Positions 11,375-20,339 of a stretch of 64,000 nt of DNA are shown piece by piece (the first letter of the stretch is position 1; every line of letters starts with the position of its first letter). Origin of the DNA: a virus (lineage: Duplodnaviria; Heunggongvirae; Uroviricota; Caudoviricetes); the IMG/VR virus record IMGVR_UViG_3300020714_000006. One strand, given 5' to 3'. The notes under the pieces were generated by a model. It was not told where the DNA came from and made no database searches. It saw only the letters and a list, made by a program, of their open reading frames with translations. A program made the position numbers and the translations under genes.

Positions 11375-11677
11375 TTATAATCCCAATACTGTTGTTAAAC
11401 TGCTGTTTTTTGGCAAATAAATTTGTTTACCTGGAACAAAATCAAATATTGGATCTTGTAATACATCTAAATTTCTTTGAATAAAGACCCACCATAGATT
11501 GGATGTACCATATAAATCATATGCCAGTAAATCAGGTCTATAAGTGTATTGTGGTTCTATTGTATATAAAAAATCATCAATTGCTGAACTAACTGGTCTG
11601 ATTGTTAATATATCTAAGTAATTTTGTGTTACATTGGTTGTATACCAAGGACTGGTATTTGAATATTGTGCCGCCAT
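11375..11677 (-). CDS. gp53: Baseplate wedge protein gp53-like (LysM-type)
   Basis: YRPDLLAYDLYGTSNLWWVFIQRN motif. Confidence 0.85.
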   Translation of the reverse strand: MAAQYSNTSPWYTTNVTQNYLDILTIRPVSSAIDDFLYTIEPQYTYRPDLLAYDLYGTSNLWWVFIQRNLDVLQDPIFDFVPGKQIYLPKNSSLTTVLGL

Positions 11678-12675
11678 TATATGTATCCTACTGAATTATT
11701 CATGTATCCACCAGTAACAAAACGATCAAGGCTAAATTTCTTAACATTATCTCTACTATATACTGGTTGTAATTCTATGTTAAATGAGCTTTTTGTTGGA
11801 ACATGAGCAGTACCACTTACTGTTCCACCAACTCCAAATGTGCCCAATGCACCTGCAACTTGTCCTATTCCATTAACTAATGTACTAGCCTTAGTAAATC
11901 CAGATAATCCTCCAAATACACCACCAATTGTGTCTGCTAATCCACCAACTTGGTCTGATATAGATGCAATTTCACTAGCCATACTACCAACTACGTTACA
12001 CCCAATATAATCACTAGCAGCATCTAACTCCACTGACATACTGGTAATAACAACTGGCACATTTTTAAATACATAATTACCATATCCATTAAGATATACA
12101 ATAGGAGGAGGATTACCAGCTTTGGCATCACTTCCAGTAAACATTTTTGTCATTGAACGCAAATAATGCACCATTGCAATCCAATACAATGCCTGTGTTG
12201 CATCTTCAACATACATTGGAGCAGTAACATGAATATTACCAGGTTCACTATTTTGATAAGCATGGTAAGAGTAGTTTGTATGCGTTGTATCAATAGCTGA
12301 ATATTTGGCATTACTTTTCATAATTATTGAAGGTGTATACGGAAATATTAAACCACCCGCTTGAACTAATGGTGTTAATACAGGACTAGTTTTAAAACTA
12401 GACCAATTAGGAATACTTAATCGTACTCTCCAATCATTCGCTGCAGCATCCCCACCAAATGAAGACACGGCACTCAATATGTCTCCAACAGCTTCCGCGC
12501 CAGCTGGTATACTACCACTTCTTAATAAACTACCAACATCACCAGAACTAAATGCCGACGATAATGCTGATTTCAAATTAGTAGCAGTATTAACAACATT
12601 TGGTATGGTTGTAAATGCATTTTGTGCAGCACTAATATTTGATGATAAATTTTGTCCTAAATCAAATGAACTCAT
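11677..12675 (-). CDS. Baseplate-tail tube initiator (gp48/gp54-like)
   Basis: GLIFPYTPSI...GNPPPIVYLNGYGNYVFKNVPVVITSMSVEL, tube-fold motif; first gene of the baseplate operon. Confidence 0.6.
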   Translation of the reverse strand: MSSFDLGQNLSSNISAAQNAFTTIPNVVNTATNLKSALSSAFSSGDVGSLLRSGSIPAGAEAVGDILSAVSSFGGDAAANDWRVRLSIPNWSSFKTSPVLTPLVQAGGLIFPYTPSIIMKSNAKYSAIDTTHTNYSYHAYQNSEPGNIHVTAPMYVEDATQALYWIAMVHYLRSMTKMFTGSDAKAGNPPPIVYLNGYGNYVFKNVPVVITSMSVELDAASDYIGCNVVGSMASEIASISDQVGGLADTIGGVFGGLSGFTKASTLVNGIGQVAGALGTFGVGGTVSGTAHVPTKSSFNIELQPVYSRDNVKKFSLDRFVTGGYMNNSVGYI

Positions 12676-12696
12676 TGGTTTTCCTTTATGATATTG

Positions 12697-12704
12697 TATT
12701 TATA
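12697..12704 (-). promoter_or_regulatory. Late promoter TATAAATA for the baseplate operon
   Basis: TATTTATA on +, 21 nt upstream of ATG 12675, with AAGGA SD. Confidence 0.65.
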
Positions 12705-12748
12705 GTAAATAATTAAGTCTATATATTATAAATTTTTTAAATATATAC

Positions 12749-12777
12749 TTGACATACTACTAATATTATGATATAAT
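12749..12777 (+). promoter_or_regulatory. Consensus sigma70 promoter for gp55-gp47-gp46
   Basis: TTGACA (12749-12754), 17-nt spacer, TATAAT (12772-12777). Confidence 0.85.
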
Positions 12778-12800
12778 TAGTGAAATATAAGGATATATTA

Positions 12801-13634
12801 ATGAAAGTAACCCCTCCGAAAAATTATCTAAACAATAAGGATCTATTATTAGAAATTCATAAATCAAAATCATCATACTGCGTGTTTATTGATCCAAGTT
12901 ATCATCAATATGACATAATTTTACCTTCATTGGATAAGATAAACATTCGAACAATAGCAGAAGCTAAACGAAATAAAGCAAAAAGATTAACCGATATAGA
13001 ATTCAATGCAAGAAAAGCATCTGGTGAAAAAGTAAAAGTAGCAGAATGCGAAATAAACTATAAAAAAATTGCAAAAACTGATTTAATATTCAGAGTGATG
13101 TCATATGACCATATACCACTGAATAATATTCGTAAGAAAAATCCAAAATCAGATGCTGATAAACGGGATAAAGTAAACTTTAAACCATTTCAACATTGGA
13201 AGTTTGATGATCAAGATAATTTGATTTGTGTGGGGAAAAGTCATTGGAAAGGTGATTTAGAAACCGGAGTCTTTGATAAAAATGCAGGAAAAATGACAGA
13301 CAGATTAGCTAGAATGATGCTAATGATGTGTGATAGATATGCCACTAGAGGAAATGTTAGGGGATATTCGTATAATGATGAAATGAAAGGACAAGCAATA
13401 CTACAACTTGTTAGTATAGGATTACAATTTGATGAATCAAAATCCGATAATCCATTTGCTTATCTTACATCATGTGTAATTAATAGTTTTGTTAGAATTA
13501 TTAATATAGAAAAACGTCATCGTGATATTAGAGATGACATATTAGAAATTAATGGGTTAAACCCATCTTTTACAAGAACCAACTCCGGTGACTATGAATC
13601 CGGTGAACGTAGACATAACGAAGATTACGATTAA
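12801..13634 (+). CDS. gp55: Late-transcription sigma factor, T4 gp55-like
   Basis: NYLNNKDLL N-terminus and RGYSYNDEMKGQAILQL...FDESKSDNPFAYLTSCVINSFVRII motif; upstream of gp47/gp46 as in T4-like phages. Start moved to ATG 12801 (AAGGA SD, downstream of promoter). Confidence 0.85.
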   Translation: MKVTPPKNYLNNKDLLLEIHKSKSSYCVFIDPSYHQYDIILPSLDKINIRTIAEAKRNKAKRLTDIEFNARKASGEKVKVAECEINYKKIAKTDLIFRVMSYDHIPLNNIRKKNPKSDADKRDKVNFKPFQHWKFDDQDNLICVGKSHWKGDLETGVFDKNAGKMTDRLARMMLMMCDRYATRGNVRGYSYNDEMKGQAILQLVSIGLQFDESKSDNPFAYLTSCVINSFVRIINIEKRHRDIRDDILEINGLNPSFTRTNSGDYESGERRHNEDYD

Positions 13635-13644
13635 AAGGAAATAC

Positions 13645-14658
13645 ATGAGTAATTTATTTAAAAAAGTGGCAGTTTTTACAGATCTTCATTTTGGCTTGAA
13701 AAGCAATAGCAATATTCATAATCAAGATTGTGATGATTTTATAGATTGGTTTATTGCTAAAGCAAAAGAAGAAGGATGTGATGTCGGAATATTTATGGGT
13801 GATTGGCACCATAACAGAAATAGTCTCAATATTACTACTATGGACTACAGTTTGAGAGCATTGGAAAAGTTAGGTGCAGCATTTGATGCATTTTACTTCT
13901 TCCCAGGTAATCATGATTTGTATTATAAAGATAAACGGGATATTCATTCTGTTGAATTTGGAAAATACATTCCTGGTATTAACGTAGTTACAGAACCTAC
14001 TACCATTGGCGGTGTTACATTGTGTCCTTGGTTGGTTGGCGATGAATGGAAATCAATAGGAAATAAAGATGCAAAATATATTTTTGGGCATTTTGAACTC
14101 CCATCATTTTTTATGAATGCAATGGTACAAATGCCAGATCATGGTGAACTACAACTAGACAGTTTTAATTCTTATGAATTAGGGTTTAGTGGTCATTTTC
14201 ATAAACGCCAATCAAGAGGAAATATGCATTATATTGGTAATGCATTTCCTCATAATTATTCCGATGCTTGGGATGATGAACGTGGAATGATGGTATTAGA
14301 ATGGGGTGGACAACCAGAATATTTTACATGGGATGCACAACCAACGTTTAGAACAGTTAAACTTAGTCAACTGCTAAACAATGCTGACACCATATTAAAA
14401 CCAAAACAACATTTACGAGTATCACTAGATATTGATATTTCATTTGAAGAAGCAACTTTTATTAAAGAAAAATATATTAAAGAGTACAATATCAGAGAAA
14501 TTACACTCATACCAGAAAAGAAATCTATTGAAATTAATACCCAATTAGATGTTCAAACATTCGAATCTATTGACCAAATAGTTTCTAATCAAATAATTGG
14601 GATAGATTCAGAAAAATATAACAAAAACATTTTATTATCAATTTATAACGAATTATGA
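13645..14658 (+). CDS. gp47: Recombination endonuclease subunit, gp47/Mre11/SbcD-like
   Basis: Metallophosphoesterase motifs DLHFG, GDWHH, GNHD, GHF, GHFH. Start at ATG 13645 after AAGGA. Confidence 0.92.
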   Translation: MSNLFKKVAVFTDLHFGLKSNSNIHNQDCDDFIDWFIAKAKEEGCDVGIFMGDWHHNRNSLNITTMDYSLRALEKLGAAFDAFYFFPGNHDLYYKDKRDIHSVEFGKYIPGINVVTEPTTIGGVTLCPWLVGDEWKSIGNKDAKYIFGHFELPSFFMNAMVQMPDHGELQLDSFNSYELGFSGHFHKRQSRGNMHYIGNAFPHNYSDAWDDERGMMVLEWGGQPEYFTWDAQPTFRTVKLSQLLNNADTILKPKQHLRVSLDIDISFEEATFIKEKYIKEYNIREITLIPEKKSIEINTQLDVQTFESIDQIVSNQIIGIDSEKYNKNILLSIYNEL

Positions 14659-16433
14659 GCATAGAAGTCAAACAATTAACAGTAAAAAATTTCATGAGTG
14701 TTGGCAACCAAACACAGGCTGTAACATTTAATCAAGAAAATTTAACATTAGTATTAGGTGAAAATCTAGATCAAGGTGGTGATGATTCCGGTTCAAGAAA
14801 TGGCACTGGAAAAACAACTATCGTCAATGCATTGAGTTTTGCATTATATGGAATAGCACTAACTAATATTAAAAAAGATAATCTTATAAACAAGATTAAC
14901 AATAAAAATATGTTAGTTACACTAACATTTTCAAAAGATGGAGTTGATTATAAAATTGAAAGAGGTAGAAAACCTGCTATTTTTAATTTTATAAATCTTG
15001 CAGATCCATCCAAAGTTGAAGAAAGTGATAGCCAAGGTGAATCAAAAGATACTCAAAAAGATATTGAAACATTATTTGGTATGAGTCATAATATGTTCAA
15101 ACATATAGTAGCATTGAATACTTATACTGACCCATTCTTATCAATGAGGGCGGGTGATCAGCGTGAAATAATTGAGCAATTACTTGGTATCACTTTGCTA
15201 AGTGAAAAAGCAGAAATTCTTAGTAAAGAAATTAAGCAAACAAAAGAGTTGATTTTTCAAGAAAATGCAAATATTGAAGCAATGAAAAAATCCAATGAAA
15301 AAATTAAACAAAGTATTGATTCATTAACAATGAGTCAACGTTCTTGGAATTTGAAACATAATAATGAACTTCAAAAACTTGGTGAATCTATTGTAAATTT
15401 GGAAGGATTAGATTTGACTGCAGAATTATTAGCGCATAATGAATTAAAATCATACTATGAACTTTCTACAAAAATTAGCAGTTTAAATAAAGAAAAAGCA
15501 ACCTTAGAAGCAGCAATTGAACAAGCAAATAAAAATCATGATAATTATATTAATCATGTAGCAGTTGTAGAATCAAAAATATGCCCAGCATGTGCTCAAG
15601 AACTACAAGATCATACACATGAAGATATGTTAGAATCTAGTAAAAATACAGTTGAAGAATCACAACAATATCTTGATAAAGTTTCAAATGAATATGAAAG
15701 TGTTATTAGTCAATTATGGAAGTTAGGTGATTTACCTGAAAAACCATCAACGTACTATCCAACATTAGAAGAAGCATTAACACATCGTAATACATTGATT
15801 ACTTTACATGCACAATTAACTAGTAAATCTAATGAAATAAATCCATATGATGACCAAATTATTGAATTAAAAAGTGAAGCATTACAACCAATAAATTGGA
15901 GTATAATAAATGACTATACTTCATTAAAAGATCATCAAGAATTTTTGTTAAAATTATTAACAAATAAAGATAGTTTTATACGTAAAAAAATAATTGACCA
16001 AAACCTAGCATACTTAAATAATAGACTAACTTATTATATTGATAAAATGGGTTTACCACATACAGTTATATTTCAAAATGATTTAACTGTAGAAATTATG
16101 CAACTAGGACAAGAATTGGATTTTTTTAATCTCAGTCGCGGTGAGATGACTAGAGTTATTCTCAGTTTAAGTTTTGCATTTCGTGATGTATGGGAAAGTT
16201 TATATCAAGGTATAAATGTATTATTTATTGATGAATTAGTTGACAACGGCTTAGATGCAAGTGGTGTTGAGAATGCGTTAAGTATTATGAAAAATATTGC
16301 ACGAGAACGTAATAAAAATATCTTTTTAATTAGTCATAAAGACGAATTAGCGGGAAGAGTTAATAATATACTTAAAGTAGTTAAAGAAAATGGTTTTACT
16401 CAATATGAATATCCAGAATATAATGAAAATTGA
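14655..16433 (+). CDS. gp46: Recombination ATPase, gp46/Rad50/SbcC-like
   Basis: Walker A NGTGKTT, coiled coil with CPAC zinc hook, signature LSRGE, Walker B FIDE, H-loop ISHK. Confidence 0.93.
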   Translation: MSIEVKQLTVKNFMSVGNQTQAVTFNQENLTLVLGENLDQGGDDSGSRNGTGKTTIVNALSFALYGIALTNIKKDNLINKINNKNMLVTLTFSKDGVDYKIERGRKPAIFNFINLADPSKVEESDSQGESKDTQKDIETLFGMSHNMFKHIVALNTYTDPFLSMRAGDQREIIEQLLGITLLSEKAEILSKEIKQTKELIFQENANIEAMKKSNEKIKQSIDSLTMSQRSWNLKHNNELQKLGESIVNLEGLDLTAELLAHNELKSYYELSTKISSLNKEKATLEAAIEQANKNHDNYINHVAVVESKICPACAQELQDHTHEDMLESSKNTVEESQQYLDKVSNEYESVISQLWKLGDLPEKPSTYYPTLEEALTHRNTLITLHAQLTSKSNEINPYDDQIIELKSEALQPINWSIINDYTSLKDHQEFLLKLLTNKDSFIRKKIIDQNLAYLNNRLTYYIDKMGLPHTVIFQNDLTVEIMQLGQELDFFNLSRGEMTRVILSLSFAFRDVWESLYQGINVLFIDELVDNGLDASGVENALSIMKNIARERNKNIFLISHKDELAGRVNNILKVVKENGFTQYEYPEYNEN

Positions 16434-17136
16434 TACCTTACCATATTTGTATAAATGGACACAACTTTCTACTGGAATGTGGTACATTGGTTCTAAAACC
16501 CAAAAAGGATGGACTCCTCTGTTACATGAAAAATACATTTGTTCTAGTAAAATAGTAAAACCAATGATTGTAGAAAATAGACAAGATTGGGTGTATGATA
16601 TATTAGTAATTGGATCAGCAAAATATATTAGAGAATTAGAAACATCATATCTAGTTTACCTAGATGCAAAAAATAATGTGATGAGTTATAATAGAAGCAA
16701 TGCTAAATTTGATCCAGGTAATAAATTAGGTTATAAAGAATCCTTAGAAACTAGACAAAAGAAAAGTAATGCGAGAAAAGGTGATAAAAATCCAATGTTT
16801 GGAAAAACTGGATTACTATCACCACATTATGGAAAAACACATAACGCTGAAACAATCCAAAAGCAAAAAGAAGGTGTTAAAAAATATGCAAAATCTAGAC
16901 CACCAGAGCATAATAAACGAATTAGTGAGGCACTTACAGGAAACCCAAAAGTAGGATTAAAAAAAGAAAAAAATCCTTCATTTGGAAAACCGTGGGTTGC
17001 AGATAGAATAAATCTGTTACCACCAAAAACTTGTGAATATTGTAATAAATCAGTATCTATTGGAAATTTTGCTAGATGGCACGGTGAAAAATGTAAATTT
17101 AATAAAAAATTAGTTGACAAATCAGAAAAGTTATAG
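16423..17136 (+). CDS. Free-standing GIY-YIG (Seg-like) homing endonuclease with NUMOD3 repeats and C-terminal Zn finger
   Basis: YLYKWT...WYIGS GIY-YIG variant; KNPMFGK/HYGKTH NUMOD3-type motifs; CEYC...RWHGEKCK. Likely start ATG 16423 overlapping the gp46 stop. Confidence 0.8.
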   Translation: MKIDTLPYLYKWTQLSTGMWYIGSKTQKGWTPLLHEKYICSSKIVKPMIVENRQDWVYDILVIGSAKYIRELETSYLVYLDAKNNVMSYNRSNAKFDPGNKLGYKESLETRQKKSNARKGDKNPMFGKTGLLSPHYGKTHNAETIQKQKEGVKKYAKSRPPEHNKRISEALTGNPKVGLKKEKNPSFGKPWVADRINLLPPKTCEYCNKSVSIGNFARWHGEKCKFNKKLVDKSEKL

Positions 17137-17142
17137 TATAAT
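17114..17142 (+). promoter_or_regulatory. Consensus sigma70 promoter at the 3' end of the homing endonuclease
   Basis: TTGACA (17114-17119), 17-nt spacer, TATAAT (17137-17142). Confidence 0.75.
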
Positions 17143-17496
17143 ATGCCTAAGAAAGTAGAGCCAAAACAAGATTACGCACCAAGAATTTATAGTTGGCAGT
17201 TGGATCAAATTCCAACTGATAACGATATACATGATAAGCTAATTCATGCTTTTCAACAGTATTATAAAGCAAATTTACATTGGATTCAAGCAGGAACAAA
17301 ACGTTCCGGGCAAGATGCAAGGTATTGGTTAAGTGAAATCAATAAACTTACCATTGAACAAAGAAAATTTATTTTAGAATGGATCAAAACTATTAGTGAT
17401 AAAACTAATAAAGACAGAACATTTAAATCAACAACTAAAAAACAAAGAAAACTTTTACAGATTCAGGGTACGGTCGGTTCTCATAAAGATAACTAA
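17143..17496 (+). CDS. Small basic helical protein, possibly Hc1/histone-H1-like nucleoid protein
   Basis: GTKRSGQDARYWLSEINKLTIEQRKFI loosely matches the GxKxAxxRARxxLxExxKL pattern; Lys-rich tail. Start uncertain. Confidence 0.35.
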   Translation: MPKKVEPKQDYAPRIYSWQLDQIPTDNDIHDKLIHAFQQYYKANLHWIQAGTKRSGQDARYWLSEINKLTIEQRKFILEWIKTISDKTNKDRTFKSTTKKQRKLLQIQGTVGSHKDN

Positions 17497-17500
17497 CCAA

Positions 17501-18019
17501 ATGAGTAGCAAATCAAAAACTAAAGGCAACACTTGGGAGAGAGATGTAGCAAATCATCTCTCTTCACTTTACAAAGAAAAGTTCATTCGAGTTCCATCGT
17601 CGGGTGCATACGTGGGAGGTAAAAACTCAATACGTAAAGAATTTCTACAAGATGGTCAAATAAGAATGATGAAAGGGGATATTATCCCACCAGATAAATG
17701 GAAACATTTTAATTGTGAATGCAAATCATATGCAGATTTTCCATTTCATCAATTAGTCCAAGGTGAATGTAAACAATTAGAAACTTGGCTATCTCAATTG
17801 ATTGAAGTAACCGATACCGGTGATATAAACATTTTAATGTTTAAAATAACACGAAAAGGCAAATTCATAGCAGTACCACAGGCAACTTACTGGCACAACT
17901 TACCATACTTCTCTTACCATTCTATTAAGCATGGTACTTGGCAAATTTTTGACTACGATGCTTTCTTTGAGCATAATAATAAAAAATTCAAAACTTTGTC
18001 AATCAAAGGCACAATTTAG
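17501..18019 (+). CDS. Holliday junction resolvase-like PD-(D/E)XK nuclease
   Basis: SKSKTKGNTWERDVA...RVPSSGA...GDII...ECKSY, Hjc-type motif. Start ATG 17501. Confidence 0.75.
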   Translation: MSSKSKTKGNTWERDVANHLSSLYKEKFIRVPSSGAYVGGKNSIRKEFLQDGQIRMMKGDIIPPDKWKHFNCECKSYADFPFHQLVQGECKQLETWLSQLIEVTDTGDINILMFKITRKGKFIAVPQATYWHNLPYFSYHSIKHGTWQIFDYDAFFEHNNKKFKTLSIKGTI

Positions 18020-18029
18020 GCAAATAGGC

Positions 18030-18430
18030 AAAACACTTCTGATATACTAGCACCGGTAGATTGATAGGTGCCGTTAGCAATGGAATGTACTTCACATTGA
18101 GCGTAACAACTGTGCAGAAGCAGTGACTTTACTGACTACCCACACCTCGTGTTGTGGATGATGATTGGATACGCCTTACGTAAAACCAATTTCGGTAACT
18201 TGAACAAATGAAAAAAGGCTAAAAGACTGGGTAATTCCCAGACGTATTAGGAATATGACTAGAGTATTTTCCTAATACCACCGTTGGACAATGAAACAAA
18301 AACGCACTTCGAGGTAACGGCCAACCGCCTCTGTAATTAGTGTAACTCTAGGTAATGAAGTCAACTCAGATGAAATTATTTTTTTGCTCCCTTCGGGGGG
18401 CAAAATTCGTAAATCGTAATCTAGATGAAT
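18030..18430 (+). ncRNA. Candidate large structured non-coding RNA (family unassigned)
   Basis: Lies in a 530-bp intergenic gap, visibly more GC-rich than its flanks, with about 12 helices, a 7-bp pseudoknot (18259-18265 with 18345-18351) and a cUUCGg hairpin (18382-18405). Strand inferred from the UUCG loop and G-U pairs. Confidence 0.6.
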
Positions 18431-18518
18431 ATCTATCATATAATTACTCTTTGATAATAAGAGAAATGTGGTGAACGTAAGTGAACCACAGGAGAACTAT
18501 GTTCTCCTTATAATAATA

Positions 18519-18526
18519 GATAAATA
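18519..18526 (+). promoter_or_regulatory. Late promoter (GATAAATA)
   Basis: TAAATA core 23 nt upstream of ATG 18550, with GGA SD. Confidence 0.55.
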
Positions 18527-18549
18527 TATTATTAAATGGATTATTTAAA

Positions 18550-19281
18550 ATGAAAGTATATGAAATTATAAGTAGAAATGAACCTGTAAATGAGAATCTT
18601 AAATCATCAATATTAGGTGGTATTAAAAAATTTATTGGAAAAAATAAAAAATCTGTAGGACTTGGTAGCAGTGCTGCTAAAATAGCTTCTCCATTACAAA
18701 ACATATCACAACAATTAACTTCTGGTATTACTATACTTAAAAATCTTGGTGTATATGGATTATTTGGATATGAGATCAACAAATACGTAGATGAAATACA
18801 ACAAGGAATAGAACATGTTGAAGCAGGTGATTGGAATGATGCAACATTTCAAACATATCGTAAACAAAGATCTGCGATATTTATATCAACACTTTCTACT
18901 ATGATATTAAGTTCTATGGGATCTAAGATGGTTGGCAGTGCTGCCAATATGCTTACGTTTGGGTTGTTATCAAAGTGGTTTCCATTTCTAACAAAATTAT
19001 CAACAACCGCTCTTCAATTATATTTTATGAATTATGTAGTAAACACAAAGGAAGGTGCCGACTATATAGCACGATTTCTTGCAAGCCCAGTGATAGGTGA
19101 TGTATTTGGGAATGGGAGTGTAGCAGCAGTTGACTGGATATCTAAAAAAATGGATCAAACTTTGGGAATGTCAATACCAGGTGCAGCTACAAAAGATACA
19201 CCTGATAATCCACAAGTTCAACAAGTACCATTTCAATCCAAACTTAAATCAGGGTCTATTAATAATATAGTTGATTGGTAA
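18550..19281 (+). CDS. Hypothetical late protein, possible internal head/ejection protein with hydrophobic helices
   Basis: Starts MKVYEIIS...E, like a capsid-targeting peptide; several hydrophobic segments; own late promoter. Confidence 0.45.
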   Translation: MKVYEIISRNEPVNENLKSSILGGIKKFIGKNKKSVGLGSSAAKIASPLQNISQQLTSGITILKNLGVYGLFGYEINKYVDEIQQGIEHVEAGDWNDATFQTYRKQRSAIFISTLSTMILSSMGSKMVGSAANMLTFGLLSKWFPFLTKLSTTALQLYFMNYVVNTKEGADYIARFLASPVIGDVFGNGSVAAVDWISKKMDQTLGMSIPGAATKDTPDNPQVQQVPFQSKLKSGSINNIVDW

Positions 19282-19497
19282 TTATAATATAGGCATTTGA
19301 GTTTCTTTTGTTAATTCAATATGATCTTTGATAATATTATCAAGAATATTCATATCTTCATACGAATAAATGTGGAGTAAATCATTTACAGTTACTCCAC
19401 CACGCATATGCCAGCTTGTTCTGAACAAATGATCTTTAAATTCTAATACTTCGTTATCTAGCCTAATAAGATATTTTTCTATTTCGTCATCAGACAT
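19282..19497 (-). CDS. Small tail/hub assembly chaperone (gp51/gpT-like), probably expressed as a -1 frameshift extension
   Basis: SWHMRGGVTVNDLL motif; no SD before its ATG; in the -1 frame of the upstream ORF after a T TTT TTC site. Confidence 0.6.
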   Translation of the reverse strand: MSDDEIEKYLIRLDNEVLEFKDHLFRTSWHMRGGVTVNDLLHIYSYEDMNILDNIIKDHIELTKETQMPIL

Positions 19498-19502
19498 ACT
19501 TA

Positions 19503-20330
19503 TTAGGCATTGGCGAAAAAAGATGCGGCATCTAAATCTAAACTTATTGGTTCATCTTGACCACAACTAGGACATTTAATAATAGATGGTGGAATCTTCC
19601 AACTATCCATGTTACCATCCATAACTTTTCTTATTTTTCTAATTATATCTTGATCACAATTATCTAACCATTCTTTAATAAAACCATATTCTGCAACTAT
19701 ACTTTCTGGTGTTTCGATGTGTGAAATACTTGCCAATAATACTTTACTTTGAAGTACCCCAAATTCCTCATAAATGTTTGACAACAAAATCTGACGTTCG
19801 TCACTATCATCCATTTCATATATTTTTTTCAATTGTTTTTGTAATGTAAAATTTTCTAAACCTAACGACGTTGCTTGCTTATAAGTCAACGGTTTGATTT
19901 TTATTATTAAATCATTAATCATAACTGATGTTTCAAACTTACAATTGTTGTAATGTGTTAAGAAATAACTTACATCTATTCCATATGTGTTTTCAGTTGA
20001 GCATGATTTACAGATAGATGTAATATCCATATTACTGCCATATGTCGCAATTCTTATTGCTACTAATATGCTATCTACGTCTAAATTTGTAATTTCCCAA
20101 GCATTAGTGATATTTGGACAACAACTTTGAATAATCTTTACTGTACTTTCACCATTTAATAATGCATCTGGTGTTTTGACAATAATTTGATCCATTCCTG
20201 TCATTCCATAAATTGGAAGTTTTTCTACATCACCTGTAATAATTGATTCATCACAAAACTTACCTAAAGTTGGGAGTTTTAAATAAATTTTTGGTTGTCT
20301 AAAATAATTTTGTAACGGATTGTTTGACAT
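19503..20330 (-). CDS. gp26: Baseplate hub assembly chaperone, gp26-like
   Basis: NPLQNYFRQPKIYLKLPT...PDALLNGES...DVDSILVAIRIATYG...CKSC and C-terminal CPSC...FF. Confidence 0.7.
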   Translation of the reverse strand: MSNNPLQNYFRQPKIYLKLPTLGKFCDESIITGDVEKLPIYGMTGMDQIIVKTPDALLNGESTVKIIQSCCPNITNAWEITNLDVDSILVAIRIATYGSNMDITSICKSCSTENTYGIDVSYFLTHYNNCKFETSVMINDLIIKIKPLTYKQATSLGLENFTLQKQLKKIYEMDDSDERQILLSNIYEEFGVLQSKVLLASISHIETPESIVAEYGFIKEWLDNCDQDIIRKIRKVMDGNMDSWKIPPSIIKCPSCGQDEPISLDLDAASFFANA

Positions 20331-20339
20331 AAGATTCCT

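Noticed and set aside
18005-18032. Tandem TAGGCAAA repeat at the resolvase stop, as possible iterons
   Set aside because: Only two exact 8-bp copies; too weak alone, though it may mark the 5' boundary of the structured element.
18030-18430. Group I intron, tRNA cluster or retron msr/msd as the identity of the structured region
   Set aside because: It interrupts no gene. I see no group I core, no cloverleaf with a GTTCRA T-loop, and no neighbouring reverse transcriptase. A covariance-model search is still needed.
18444-18782. 112-aa minus-strand ORF
   Set aside because: Mostly antisense to ORF 18550, which has a promoter and SD; no independent signals.
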